This document shows, in pieces, positions 17,778 through 27,715 of a stretch of DNA of 64,000 nt. The position numbers were made by a program, and so were the translations under genes. This DNA is from Treponemataceae bacterium (GTDB lineage Bacteria; Spirochaetota; Spirochaetia; Treponematales; Rectinemataceae). The notes beneath the pieces were generated by a model. It saw nothing but the letters and a program-made list of their open reading frames with translations. It was not told where the DNA came from and searched no databases. The stretch is taken from positions 768,001 to 832,000 of the forward strand of contig CAXXHO010000005.1 of NCBI GenBank assembly GCA_963667725.2, in the 5' to 3' direction. Position 1 is the first letter of the stretch. Each line of letters begins with the position of its first letter.

Positions 17778-18872
17778 TCAGCGGCTGTAGCTCATTATCT
17801 CGCGCTCGAAGGTCTCTCGGTTCAGCGACTTGAGGAAGGCCAGGGAGAATTCCTTGGCTGCGGCGTAGTCCCTGTAGTCCATGATGCTCGAGTTGGTGTG
17901 GATGTAGCGCGAGGGAACGCCCACCGTCATCGAGGGACAGCCGGATCTCGCCATGTGGATCTCGCCCGAATCGGTTCCGCCCAGAGCCATAAAATACTGG
18001 AAGGGAATGTTCTTCTTTTCGGCGAGCCTGGTTCCGTACATAAAAAGGCCGCGATGCGTGATGGCCGTCCTGTCGATGTAGCGCAGGAGGACGCCTTTGC
18101 CCTGCTGGCCCAGTTCCTCAGGGTCGCCCATATTGTCGTTGGCGGCCGAAGATTCGAAGACGATGGAGACTTCGGGCTCGACGGTGAAGGCGGCTGTCCT
18201 GGCGCCGCGAAGACCCGACTCTTCCTGGACGGTGGCGCCGATGTAGAGGTCGACGTCGAGTTCCTCGTTGGCCACTTCCTCAAGGACGTCGAGGGCGAGG
18301 GCGCAGCCGAAGCGGTTGTCCCAGGCTTTGGACAGGAGTTTCTTTCCGCCGAAGAGGGGAACGAAGGGGCCATCCACGATGATCATGTCGCCGGGTCTGA
18401 TTCCGGCGGCGAGCACGTCTTCGCGGGACTCGGCGCCGATGTCGATGAGCATCTGGTCGATGGAGAGGAGTCGCTTGGAGCTGTCCTCGGGAAGAAGGTG
18501 GGGCGGTATCGAGGCCACGGCGCCCGGATAGCCCTGCCCGGTGATGCTGGAGTAGACGGTGACGCGCTGGGCCATGATCACGTGTTCCCAGGTCCTGCCT
18601 ATCGGGAAGAACTTGAGGAGCCCTTTGGGCGTTATCTGTTTGACGATGAAGCCGACTTCGTCCATATGGCCGTTCATCATGACGCGCGGGGCGTTCGGTT
18701 TCTTCGAGCGCTTGATCGCGAAGACGGAACCCAGGCCGTCGAAGACGAGTTCGGAGGCGTATCTGGACAGTTCTTTCTTCATATACTCGCGCACGCGCAT
18801 TTCGTGGGCCGAAACCCCGGGAATCTGGGTAAGGGTCCTGAATCTTTCCATTTGTAGTTCGGTAGGTATCAT
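17778..18872 (-). CDS. M42 family aminopeptidase (glutamyl aminopeptidase-like)
   Basis: GHMDEVG, KAWDNR, VQEESGLRGA, GGTD, RYIH; start reassigned to ATG 18872 with SD AGGAG. Confidence 0.92.
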   Translation of the reverse strand: MIPTELQMERFRTLTQIPGVSAHEMRVREYMKKELSRYASELVFDGLGSVFAIKRSKKPNAPRVMMNGHMDEVGFIVKQITPKGLLKFFPIGRTWEHVIMAQRVTVYSSITGQGYPGAVASIPPHLLPEDSSKRLLSIDQMLIDIGAESREDVLAAGIRPGDMIIVDGPFVPLFGGKKLLSKAWDNRFGCALALDVLEEVANEELDVDLYIGATVQEESGLRGARTAAFTVEPEVSIVFESSAANDNMGDPEELGQQGKGVLLRYIDRTAITHRGLFMYGTRLAEKKNIPFQYFMALGGTDSGEIHMARSGCPSMTVGVPSRYIHTNSSIMDYRDYAAAKEFSLAFLKSLNRETFEREIMSYSR

Positions 18873-18886
18873 AGTTTTCTCCTGAT

Positions 18887-19870
18887 TTAGACGAATTGTT
18901 CCGCGAGGCGGCAGGCGACGAAGCGCCCGGGAGCTATTTCCCTCAACGCGGGATCGGCGACGGAGCATTCGGGCTGGGCGTGGATGCATCGGGGCGCGAA
19001 GCGGCAGCCCGGTTTGGGGTTGATGGGAGAGCTTACTTCGCTCTTGAGGATGATTCTTTCCTTCCTCGCGTTCAGCTTGGGTACGGGTATGGCCGACAGG
19101 AGTGCCCTGCCGTAGGGATGGATAGGTTTGGCGAAGAGTTCCTCGGTGGGGCCTCTTTCGACGATCTGGCCCATGTACATGATGACGATGTCGTCGGAGA
19201 TGTGCTTGACGACGGAGAGATCGTGGGTGATGAAAAGGTAGGTAAGCCCGAGCTTGTCCTGGAGGTCCATGAGAAGGTTCAGGATCTGCGCCTGGATCGA
19301 CACGTCGAGGGCCGAAACCGGTTCGTCGCAGACGATGAATTCCGGGTCCAGGGCCAGGGCGCGCGCTATGCCGATGCGCTGGCGGCGTCCTCCGTCCAGC
19401 TCGTGGGGGTACGAATCGTAGAGGCGATCGGCGAGCCCTACGGTGGCCATCAGTTTCCTCACCCTCTCCTCGTATTCCTGGCTGCCCGACACTTTTCTGT
19501 GGATTTTCAAGGGCTCGCCGATGATGGTGGCCACGGTGTGGCGCGGATTGATCGAGGAGTAGGGGTCCTGGAAGATCATCTGCATCCGCGTGCGCAGGAC
19601 TTTCATCTCGCGGTCGTTGGCCTTGGTCACTTCGGAGCCGTCGTAGACGATGGATCCGGCCGTGGCTTCGTGGAGGCGGACGAGAAGCCTGCCCGTCGTG
19701 GACTTGCCGCAGCCCGATTCGCCTACCATGCCCAGGGTTTTGCCTTTTCTGATGTCGAAGGATACGTCGTCGACGGCGTGGAGGCTTCCATGGGCGGACT
19801 GGAAGTATTTCTTGAGGTTGTTCACGCGCAGTATCGGCGCCGCGGCGGTGATTACAGTTTTGGCGCTCAT
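18887..19870 (-). CDS. oppF: Oligopeptide/dipeptide ABC transporter ATP-binding protein (OppF/DppF)
   Basis: GESGCGKST, YPHELDGGRRQR, DEPVSALD, C-terminal GCRFAPRC. Confidence 0.9.
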   Translation of the reverse strand: MSAKTVITAAAPILRVNNLKKYFQSAHGSLHAVDDVSFDIRKGKTLGMVGESGCGKSTTGRLLVRLHEATAGSIVYDGSEVTKANDREMKVLRTRMQMIFQDPYSSINPRHTVATIIGEPLKIHRKVSGSQEYEERVRKLMATVGLADRLYDSYPHELDGGRRQRIGIARALALDPEFIVCDEPVSALDVSIQAQILNLLMDLQDKLGLTYLFITHDLSVVKHISDDIVIMYMGQIVERGPTEELFAKPIHPYGRALLSAIPVPKLNARKERIILKSEVSSPINPKPGCRFAPRCIHAQPECSVADPALREIAPGRFVACRLAEQFV

Positions 19871-20859
19871 GCCTGGCTCCTCGCGCCGGTTTCGGCGGTG
19901 TATAGGTGGCACTTGACGCGGTGGCCGCCGAGATCGATGTCCACGGGGTGCTTTTTGGCGCAGATGTCCATCGCGTGGGGGCAGCGCGGGCTGAAGAAGC
20001 AGCCTTCGGGCAGGGCGGTCGGGTCGGGCATCAGGCCGGGGATGGGCTTGAGCCTGTCGGTGATCTCGGAGAGGTCGGGCAGGGAGCCGAAGAGTCCCTT
20101 GGTGTAGGGATGCAGGGGGTCGCCGAAGACCTGGTCGATCGAGCCGTATTCGACGATTTCGCCCGCGTACATGGTCGCCACTTCGTCGCAGTTCTCGGCC
20201 ACGAGGCCGAGGGAGTGGGTGATGAAGAGGACCGAGGTGCCGTTGTCGCGGATGAGGGTGCGCATGAGGTCGAGGACCTGGGCCTGGATGGTGACGTCCA
20301 GGGCCGTCGTGGGTTCGTCGGCGAGGAGGAGTTTGGGGTTGCAGGCGAGGGCGAGGGCTATGACGACGCGCTGCTTCATGCCGCCGGAGAACTGGTGAGG
20401 GTATTCCTTGGCGCGGTCGGCCGGTATGCCCACCGTTTCCAGCATCTTTTCGGCTTTTTTCCAGCTTTCCTCGCCGCTCAGGCCTTCGTGCTTCATCACC
20501 GTCTCGGCGATCTGCTCGCCCACGGTGAGCACGGGGTTGAGGGCCGTCATGGGGTCCTGGAAGATCATGGCCACGTCCTTGCCGCGCATGTCGCGCAGGT
20601 CCTGCTTGGACATGCCGAGGACATCCTTGCCCGAGAAGCTGATGGAGCCTTTCATGATCTTGCCCTGGGGGGAGCGGATCATGTTGAGGATGGAGAGGGC
20701 CAGGGTTGTCTTGCCGGCGCCGGTCTCGCCGACGAGGCCGAGCACTTTGCCTGCCTTGAGGTCGAGGGTGAGGCCGTTTATGGCCTTCGTCACTTTGCGA
20801 TACGAGAAGTACTGGACTTCCAGATCGCGTATTTCAAGTATTTTTTCCATGCGGTTCAC
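19867..20859 (-). CDS. oppD: Oligopeptide/dipeptide ABC transporter ATP-binding protein (OppD/DppD)
   Basis: GETGAGKT, YPHQFSGGMKQR, DEPTTALD, GCFFSPRC; start may be 20850. Confidence 0.9.
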   Translation of the reverse strand: MNRMEKILEIRDLEVQYFSYRKVTKAINGLTLDLKAGKVLGLVGETGAGKTTLALSILNMIRSPQGKIMKGSISFSGKDVLGMSKQDLRDMRGKDVAMIFQDPMTALNPVLTVGEQIAETVMKHEGLSGEESWKKAEKMLETVGIPADRAKEYPHQFSGGMKQRVVIALALACNPKLLLADEPTTALDVTIQAQVLDLMRTLIRDNGTSVLFITHSLGLVAENCDEVATMYAGEIVEYGSIDQVFGDPLHPYTKGLFGSLPDLSEITDRLKPIPGLMPDPTALPEGCFFSPRCPHAMDICAKKHPVDIDLGGHRVKCHLYTAETGARSQA

Positions 20860-21807
20860 CTATCGTTTCAGTTTGGGGTCGAGGGCGTCGCGCAGCCCGT
20901 CGCCGATGAGGTTGTAGGCCAGTACGGTGAGCAGGATCGTGAGGCCTGGGGCGAAGAGGAGGTGGGGCGCGTACTGGATGAATTCCCTCGCCTCGGAGAG
21001 CATGTTTCCCCACTCTGGCTTCGGGGGGAGGATGCCCAGGCCGAGGAAGGAGAGGGAGGCCGCCCAGTTGATCGCCGATCCGACGTTCAGCGTGGACTGG
21101 ACGATGATGGGCGAGGTTATGTTGGGCATGATGTGCTTGAGCACGATCCTGAGGTCGCCGGCGCCTATGCAGCGGGCCGCCTCGACGAATTCCTGGTCCT
21201 TCACCTGGATGATGGAGGCGCGCACGATTCGTATGTAGCCGGGTATCATCGAGGTCGATATGGCGACGATGAGGTTGAAGAAGCTGTTCCCCAGGGCGGC
21301 GACGATGGCGATGGCCAGCAGTATCGTCGGTATGGAGAGGAGGATGTCGGTGGCGCGCATGATGAAGGTGTCGAAGAGGCCGCCCTTGTAGCCGGCTATC
21401 GCCCCGAGTATGCCGCCCACCATGAAGGAGATGGCCACGGTGGCGAAGCCGATGATCATGGAAACCCTGGCGCCGTGGACGAGGCGGCCGAGGATGTCCC
21501 TGCCGTAGTTGTCCGATCCGAGGATGAAGGTGTGTTCTATGTCCTTTTCGTGGTAATAGACGACGCCGCTCTCGCCCGGCTTGAGGAGGGCGTTTTCCAG
21601 GGAGTTCGAGGTGACGAAATCGTATTCGTAGAGGAGGTCGGCGAATATCGCCACCAGGGCGAAGACGATAACGAGGGCCAGGCTCAGCACGGCGAGCTTG
21701 TTGCGCGCCAGCTGCCTCCAGAACTGGGAGAAGTTCTTGCCCGTTCGGCGCATGAAGCGCGCGAACTTGGATGTGTTCGTCATGGTATTGGTCATGGTCT
21801 CGCTCAT
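20860..21807 (-). CDS. oppC: Oligopeptide ABC transporter permease (OppC/DppC)
   Basis: LGSDNYGRD, EFVEAARCIGA, SLSFLGLG...PEWG; ATG 21807 overlaps the oppB stop. Confidence 0.9.
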   Translation of the reverse strand: MSETMTNTMTNTSKFARFMRRTGKNFSQFWRQLARNKLAVLSLALVIVFALVAIFADLLYEYDFVTSNSLENALLKPGESGVVYYHEKDIEHTFILGSDNYGRDILGRLVHGARVSMIIGFATVAISFMVGGILGAIAGYKGGLFDTFIMRATDILLSIPTILLAIAIVAALGNSFFNLIVAISTSMIPGYIRIVRASIIQVKDQEFVEAARCIGAGDLRIVLKHIMPNITSPIIVQSTLNVGSAINWAASLSFLGLGILPPKPEWGNMLSEAREFIQYAPHLLFAPGLTILLTVLAYNLIGDGLRDALDPKLKR

Positions 21808-22802
21808 GCCCGGCTCCTTGCTATGGCCGGTTTGGCCTTTTTCTTCCCGAAGGTCGTCTTGATGCGCGGGTCGATGAATCCATAGAGGACGTCTACGAGG
21901 AGGTTGATGACCGTGAAGGTGAGCGCGATGAAGCATACCGAACCGAGGATCTGGGGCGTGTCCTTCTGGTAGATGGCGTCCACCATTATGGAGCCCAGGC
22001 CCGGGTAGGAGAATATCTTCTCGGTGAGGACGGCGCCGCCGAGGAGCTGTCCGAACTGGAGCCCTGCCACGGTGACGACGGGGATGAGGGCGTTGCGGAG
22101 CGCGTGCTTGAAGATGACGACTTTCTCGTCCATTCCCTTTACCCTAGCCGTCCTGATGTAATCCTGCTCCATGACTTCGAGCATGGAGGACCTCGTCATG
22201 CGCATGATGATGGCCATGGAATACATGCTCAGCGTGATGGTCGGCAGGATGAGGGAGACGAAATCGCCCGGATTGGACATGGCGGGGAATATCCTGAGGT
22301 TGTTGGCGAAGGTATAGATGAGGACCATGGCCGCCCAGAATACGGGCATCGAGGCCCCCAGGAGCGCGAAGACGGTGAAAATCATGTCGATCGCCGAGTA
22401 TGGTCTCGTGGCCGAGAGTATGCCGATGGGCACGCCTATGCAGACCGCCAGCAGAAGGGCGCCGGCCGCGAGTATAAGTGTATTGGGAAACGAGCTCAGG
22501 ATGAGCTCGAAGACGTTCCTGTTCGAGATGTAGGACCGGCCGAGGTCGCCGAAGAGGAGTCCTTTATAGCCGAAAATGGGATGGCTGTAGCCAAAGAGGA
22601 AGCGCACGTACTGTATCAGGAATGGTTTGTCGAGCCCCATGTCCGCCTTCATCTGCGTGTAGGCGGCGGGTGAGGCGTTGGGTCCCAGCATCATCTGCGC
22701 CGGGTCCGAGGGCGTGACGTACAGAAGCGCGAAGACTATCAGCGTCACGCCGAAAAGTACGGGTACCAGCATAAGGATACGCCGTAATAGGTATCTGCTC
22801 AT
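21804..22802 (-). CDS. oppB: Oligopeptide ABC transporter permease (OppB/DppB)
   Basis: GLDKP, GDLGRS, DYIRTARVKG, HALRNALIP. Confidence 0.9.
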   Translation of the reverse strand: MSRYLLRRILMLVPVLFGVTLIVFALLYVTPSDPAQMMLGPNASPAAYTQMKADMGLDKPFLIQYVRFLFGYSHPIFGYKGLLFGDLGRSYISNRNVFELILSSFPNTLILAAGALLLAVCIGVPIGILSATRPYSAIDMIFTVFALLGASMPVFWAAMVLIYTFANNLRIFPAMSNPGDFVSLILPTITLSMYSMAIIMRMTRSSMLEVMEQDYIRTARVKGMDEKVVIFKHALRNALIPVVTVAGLQFGQLLGGAVLTEKIFSYPGLGSIMVDAIYQKDTPQILGSVCFIALTFTVINLLVDVLYGFIDPRIKTTFGKKKAKPAIARSRA

Positions 22803-22934
22803 ATTTGGAAAGTCCGATCGTAAAGCCCGGAAGGGTTCCCCGGGCGGGGTTCCCTTCCGGACGGAAGGCCGCGAGGCGGCAGGCGTTCCGTCGTCATGAC
22901 GTCGCGCTCGCGGCCGGGAGGCCTTCCTTCAGCG

Positions 22935-24683
22935 TCAGAACTGCTTGGTCAGCAGGTGGAGGTCCACGAGTTTGGTGCCGAAAATCGCTCTGTCGAGATT
23001 GCCGACTCTGGGATGGGTTCCGAAGAGGACGTTTTCATAGACCATCGGGAAGTAGGGCTTGTCGGTCATGAGCTGGGTCTGGACTTTGTCGTAGGCAACT
23101 TTGCGCGCCTTCGGGTCCAGGGTGTAGCGGCCGAGGGCGATGTTGGCGTTGACGATGTCGTTGTTGTAGACGGCGCCGTTCATGCCAGTGCCGATGGAGT
23201 CGCCGTTGTAGATGATGCAGGTGTAGTCGGGGTCGCCAGTGGGGGTGAACCAGCCGGTCACGACCATGTCGTAGCCTTCGCCGGTCTTGCTCATCTGGAT
23301 GATCTGGGAGTTGACCATCGGTGTCACTTTGATGAGGTCGATGCCGAGGGTGGTCTTGACCTGGTCCTTGATGTTGTTGGCGATCTTCACGCGGTCGGTG
23401 ATGTTGCCGACGTCGAGCTGGACGATTTCGGGGGTGAGTTTGGCCCTGAACTCAGGGGAGAGGGCGGCGAACTCGGCCTTGGCCTTCTCGCGGTCGAAGT
23501 ACCAGTCCTTGTCGGTGAATTCGGCGAAAGGAGTGCCGGCGGGAGCGCCCTCGACGTGGCCGAGGAAGCCGGGCTGCATCATCTGGTTGGCGGGAATGGC
23601 GTTGCCGTTGAAGAGGTCTACCTGCCTGATGAAGGGTATGGGATTGATCGAATAGAAAATTGCCTTCCTGAGGTGGGTGGAATCGCCTTCGGTGTATTTG
23701 CCGGAGAGGTCGAGCTTGCCGTTCACCTTCTGTCCGACGAGGTCGGAGTTCATGCTGAACACGCCGTACCAGATCGTGAGGCCGGGCTTGGAGGTGATAT
23801 GGATGCCGGATTTCTCGATGCTCTTGATGTCGAGCTTGGAGAGGTTGAAGGCCATGTCCACTTCGCCGGTGATGAGGACGTTGTTGACCTGGGGCTGTTC
23901 GGACATCGCCCTGAACTGGATGTTCTTGAAGGCCAGGGTTTTGGGGTCATTCCACCAGGCATCGTTCCTGGTGACGTTGACTTCCTGCGGGTTCGGGAAG
24001 GACACGAACTTATAGGGGCCGGTTCCGGTCACGATCTTGGTGCCGTAGTCGGCGCCCGCCGCCTCGACGGTCTGGCTGTCCTCGATACCCGAGCAGTAGT
24101 GAGCGAGGATGTTGAGCGCGGGGCCGTAGGGAGAGGCGACCATGTACTTGGCCCTGTCCGCCCAGGAGGTGAGGGGGATGGTGGCGTATTCGGGGTTCTT
24201 GAGCTTGCCCCAGGTGATTTTCACGGTGTATTCGTCCACTTTCTCGACTGAGAGAATGGCGCTGAACATGGACTTGGAGCTCGACTTGGGGTGATGCAGG
24301 ATGCGGTTGAAGGAGAATACGACGTCGTCGGCGGTGAAGGCGTTTCCGTTGTGGAATTTCACGCCTTTGCGCAGTTTGATCGTATAGACCGAACCGTCTT
24401 TCGACACGAGTCCGTTCTCCACGGTGGGGATGGTATCGGCGAGGACGGGGTAGAACTTATAGTCCGGGGTCATGCCGACGAGTGTTTCGTTGATTTCGCG
24501 CATAACCTGCGCTTCGTTCAGGGTCGTGTAGAGGTTCGGGTCGAGGGGCTGGGGCGCGGCCGCCAGGACGAACACGAGGGTGTCCGCGTCGCGGTTGCGG
24601 AGCGCGGGGCCCTTGGCTCCCTGGGCGAAGACGACGCCGCCCATCATGAGAGCGATGACTAAAACCGTCACTAGTTTTTTCAT
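22935..24683 (-). CDS. oppA: Peptide ABC transporter substrate-binding protein (family 5)
   Basis: LDPN, ETLV, LRKGVKFHNG..FTADDVVFS, GTGPYKF; SD GGAGG before ATG 24683; signal peptide VVFA-QG. Confidence 0.88.
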   Translation of the reverse strand: MKKLVTVLVIALMMGGVVFAQGAKGPALRNRDADTLVFVLAAAPQPLDPNLYTTLNEAQVMREINETLVGMTPDYKFYPVLADTIPTVENGLVSKDGSVYTIKLRKGVKFHNGNAFTADDVVFSFNRILHHPKSSSKSMFSAILSVEKVDEYTVKITWGKLKNPEYATIPLTSWADRAKYMVASPYGPALNILAHYCSGIEDSQTVEAAGADYGTKIVTGTGPYKFVSFPNPQEVNVTRNDAWWNDPKTLAFKNIQFRAMSEQPQVNNVLITGEVDMAFNLSKLDIKSIEKSGIHITSKPGLTIWYGVFSMNSDLVGQKVNGKLDLSGKYTEGDSTHLRKAIFYSINPIPFIRQVDLFNGNAIPANQMMQPGFLGHVEGAPAGTPFAEFTDKDWYFDREKAKAEFAALSPEFRAKLTPEIVQLDVGNITDRVKIANNIKDQVKTTLGIDLIKVTPMVNSQIIQMSKTGEGYDMVVTGWFTPTGDPDYTCIIYNGDSIGTGMNGAVYNNDIVNANIALGRYTLDPKARKVAYDKVQTQLMTDKPYFPMVYENVLFGTHPRVGNLDRAIFGTKLVDLHLLTKQF

Positions 24684-24799
24684 GCTGATTTCCTCCCTTG
24701 GAAACAGTGAAAGTGTAAGGCTGCTACGCGGCCTACATGGACAACACAAAAGCGCGGCGAGGTTCCGCTTGCGGGCAGGACGCTCCCGATCGCTTCTTT

Positions 24800-25642
24800 T
24801 CAGGTGAACGCGGCGAATTTGCCGCCCAGCATGGCCACGACGTGGAGCATGCGGTAGATCTCCCGGAAGTCGCCGCTGGAATAGCGCACCGAGCGCCCGG
24901 AGGTTCTCGCAAGGCCGGGAATCGCGGCTACGGCGTCGGCCACCACGGTGGACGAGAGTTCTATGTCGAGCCGGGTCGCGGCCGAAGCGGGAAGGGCCTT
25001 GAACGCGGAAAGACCGTCGAGGGCCTTCGAAGCGCCCGCGACGAACTCGCCTTCGAGCCTTTCCGGCGCGTACATTTTTCCGGCGAACCGGCCAAGGCCT
25101 TCCTTGGTCCTCACGTAGACGGGCATCGGTTCAAAACGGCCCTCAAGCTGGGACTCGAGGATATTGTCGCCCGAGATGAAGCAAACCGGGACGCCGTAGA
25201 AGCCGGCCAGCCTGGCGTTGATCTCCGTCTCGCCCGATTCCACGCCGTCCAGCCGCACGCGGTAGATGCAGGAAGCCGAATAGGAATGGTCCATCATGCC
25301 GCCCTCGGAACCTATCGACGCGTGGTAGCCGACGAGGAAAAGGCCGGAATAGCTTTCGTCCAGGCCTTCCAGCATGTAATAGGGGCGAGGATAGCCGCGC
25401 ACCATGGTGACGCGGGGATCGCCGAAGCCTTTGAAAGGGACGCCTTCGCCCCTGGCGTGGGAATCGCAGACGCAGATTTCCTCGATTTCGGCGTCGCGCG
25501 GCGAGGCCGCGATGCCGCGCAGGATCCAAGATATCTCCTGCCAGGCGCGTTCGTAGTTGGCGGCTCTGGATGGTCCCTCCAGGTCGCTCCAGGAGGTGGT
25601 TCCATGGATACCTTCCATGTCGACTGATATAAAAAGCTTCAT
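24800..25642 (-). CDS. dppA: D-aminopeptidase, peptidase M55 (DppA family)
   Basis: MKLFISVDMEG, DSH, GYHA, HSY, GETEINA, SGD; ATG 25642 overlaps the RpiR stop. Confidence 0.92.
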   Translation of the reverse strand: MKLFISVDMEGIHGTTSWSDLEGPSRAANYERAWQEISWILRGIAASPRDAEIEEICVCDSHARGEGVPFKGFGDPRVTMVRGYPRPYYMLEGLDESYSGLFLVGYHASIGSEGGMMDHSYSASCIYRVRLDGVESGETEINARLAGFYGVPVCFISGDNILESQLEGRFEPMPVYVRTKEGLGRFAGKMYAPERLEGEFVAGASKALDGLSAFKALPASAATRLDIELSSTVVADAVAAIPGLARTSGRSVRYSSGDFREIYRMLHVVAMLGGKFAAFT

Positions 25643-26505
25643 GCGTTCTCCCTGACTTCCTGTATGGAAGCGTAGCCGCTCTGCTGCATCGTCAGCGTCT
25701 GCGACCTGGCTTCGATCGACGTGTCCTTGGATCCCAGGAAGACCGTATGGACGAGAATGTTCAATATAGAGACGAGACCGACGTAGGAATTGGAGAGGAG
25801 AAGGGAGTTCGTATCGCACTTCACGACATTGTCCGCGAGAGAATAGATGGGGCAGACGGCCGAATCGGTGAAAAGCTGGAGAATCCCTCCCTTTTCCTTC
25901 ACCACCTTGGCGACATGGCGGACTTCATCGGAATAAGGCGGAAAGGTCAGGATGAACATGACATCCTCAGCCGTGAAGGTGCGGAGGCGGGGCGAGTAGT
26001 CGGAAACCGAGCCCGATATGATCATCACGTCCTTGTTGATCGAACTCATGAGGGTATACTCGAAGGTCCGGGCGAGATGGCCGGAGACGCCGAAGCCGCA
26101 GATGAAAATCCTCCGCGAGTTCCGGATGGAATCGGCCATGCTCTGGAGTTCGGATATCTTGATGTTGTCGAAGGTATTGCGGAGGTTGTTAATTTCGTTG
26201 AGAAAGAGTTTCTGCAGCCGCTTTTCTTCCGGAAGAAGGTCGAGTTCGCGGAGCGCGATCTTCTCGTAGGGGCTCAGGCGGAACTTTATCTCATCCTGGA
26301 TTTCGCGCTTGAAGCTCTGGTACCCGTCGAGGTCCAGGCTCTTCGCGAAGCGGACCAGGGAGGCGTTGCTGACGCCGATGGCCTTGCTGATGACATAGAT
26401 GGAAGCGAAAGCGACGCTCTGCTCGTGGTCGAGGATATAGGAGCCTATCTTCCTGAAATTCGGAGGCATGTCGGGAAGCGCTTTCTTTATTTTTGCGAGT
26501 ATCAT
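25639..26505 (-). CDS. MurR/RpiR family transcriptional regulator
   Basis: N-terminal HTH VSNASLVRFAKSLDLDGYQSFK; SIS domain IFICGFGVS...TFPPYS...TDSAVCPI. Confidence 0.92.
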   Translation of the reverse strand: MILAKIKKALPDMPPNFRKIGSYILDHEQSVAFASIYVISKAIGVSNASLVRFAKSLDLDGYQSFKREIQDEIKFRLSPYEKIALRELDLLPEEKRLQKLFLNEINNLRNTFDNIKISELQSMADSIRNSRRIFICGFGVSGHLARTFEYTLMSSINKDVMIISGSVSDYSPRLRTFTAEDVMFILTFPPYSDEVRHVAKVVKEKGGILQLFTDSAVCPIYSLADNVVKCDTNSLLLSNSYVGLVSILNILVHTVFLGSKDTSIEARSQTLTMQQSGYASIQEVRENA

Positions 26506-26530
26506 CCTGTTTCGGCCTTTTAGAGCGATA

Positions 26531-26577
26531 TGAAACTATTGTTTCTCAAGTCTTACATGCCGAAACTATGGTGTCAA
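26531..26577 (-). promoter_or_regulatory. Promoter with two RpiR-type operator boxes
   Basis: GAAACTATTGTTTC (26532-26545) and GAAACTATGGTGTC (26562-26575), 30 bp apart; the second overlaps a minus-strand TTGACA (26572-26577). Confidence 0.55.
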
Positions 26578-26605
26578 GCAAAAACTCTCAAATACCGAAA
26601 AATTC

Positions 26606-27715
26606 TCAGCCCTTGAAGATTTTCACGCATACGGGTGTGGGAACCTTCAGCTCTGTACCGGAGAATTCGAGCAGCCCGGTAGCCATGTCGACGCTGTAGA
26701 GAACGATCTGGTCCGTGTCCTGGTTGGCCACAAGCAGCCACCGTCCCGTGGCGTCCAGGGTGAAATTGCGCGGTACCCCGCCCCTCGTGGATTCATGGCC
26801 AAGGGCCTCGAGCCGTCCCGTCGCCTCGTCTATCGAGAAGATGGCGATGCTGTCGTGGCCCCGGTTCGAGGCGTAGAGAAAGCGCCCCGAAGCCCCGATG
26901 TGGAGATCGGCGCAGGTGCTGGAACCTTTGTAGTCCGCGGGGAGGGTCGAGATTTCCTGAAAAGCGCTCAAGGTCATCGCCTGGGCGTCGTAGGCGGAAG
27001 CGGTTATTGTCGAACCGAGTTCGTTGACCGTGTAGGCGAAGCGCCCGTTTCCATGGATTTCCATATACCGAGGCCCAGCGCCGGGAATGGAAGGGGCGCT
27101 CCGGGTTGGATTGGCGGCGATGCGGCCGCTATTCTCGTCAAAATCATAGGCGACTATCGAGTCAAGGCCCAGGTCGGGGACGAAGATGGTCCGGTTGGAG
27201 GAATCGAATATGATGGAGTGGGCGTGGGGGCCAGCCTGACGCGCCGCGTCGAGGCTGCGGCCCGCATGCTGCGCGACGCTGCTCGATTCCCCGAGGCTTC
27301 CGTCGGGCCGCAGCGGGAAGACAGCCACGCTCCCCGACATGAAATTGGCGACGACGGCGAATTTCTCCCGCTGATCGAGGGCTACAAAGCAGGGATCGGT
27401 GCCCCCCGTGAGCCGGCTATTCAGGAAGGTCAGGCTGCCAGAAGCGGGATCGAAGGCGAAAGCGCTGATCATCCCTGAATCCTGGCCCTCGGCCCACTTG
27501 AGCTCGTTGACGGCGTAGACAAATTTGAGATCGCGCGTCGCCGTGAGAAATGAAGGATTCACGACGCCTTTCGTCAGGGAGGAAAACCGGAACTTTCCCT
27601 TCTCCGGATCGAATCGATAGCAGTAGATGCCTTCGCCCTTGCCCTCGAGAATCCTGCCGGTTCCGAAGCGTATGGGCTCGGTATAGGTGCCCACGAGCAG
27701 GGTGAGTTCTTTCAT
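26606..27715 (-). CDS. Lactonase, 7-bladed beta-propeller (6-phosphogluconolactonase YbhE/Pgl family)
   Basis: LVGTYT, NPSFL, YAVNE, RQAGPHAH, GAGPR, YASNRGHDSI, PRNF. Confidence 0.92.
   Translation of the reverse strand: MKELTLLVGTYTEPIRFGTGRILEGKGEGIYCYRFDPEKGKFRFSSLTKGVVNPSFLTATRDLKFVYAVNELKWAEGQDSGMISAFAFDPASGSLTFLNSRLTGGTDPCFVALDQREKFAVVANFMSGSVAVFPLRPDGSLGESSSVAQHAGRSLDAARQAGPHAHSIIFDSSNRTIFVPDLGLDSIVAYDFDENSGRIAANPTRSAPSIPGAGPRYMEIHGNGRFAYTVNELGSTITASAYDAQAMTLSAFQEISTLPADYKGSSTCADLHIGASGRFLYASNRGHDSIAIFSIDEATGRLEALGHESTRGGVPRNFTLDATGRWLLVANQDTDQIVLYSVDMATGLLEFSGTELKVPTPVCVKIFKG

Noticed and set aside
19906..21885. Very long opposite-strand or alternate-frame ORFs (659 aa here; also 58796-61051, 10484-12250, 22896-24251, 13318-14655)
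   Set aside because: Shadow ORFs of well-supported genes, expected from GC-rich codon bias; no recognisable motifs.
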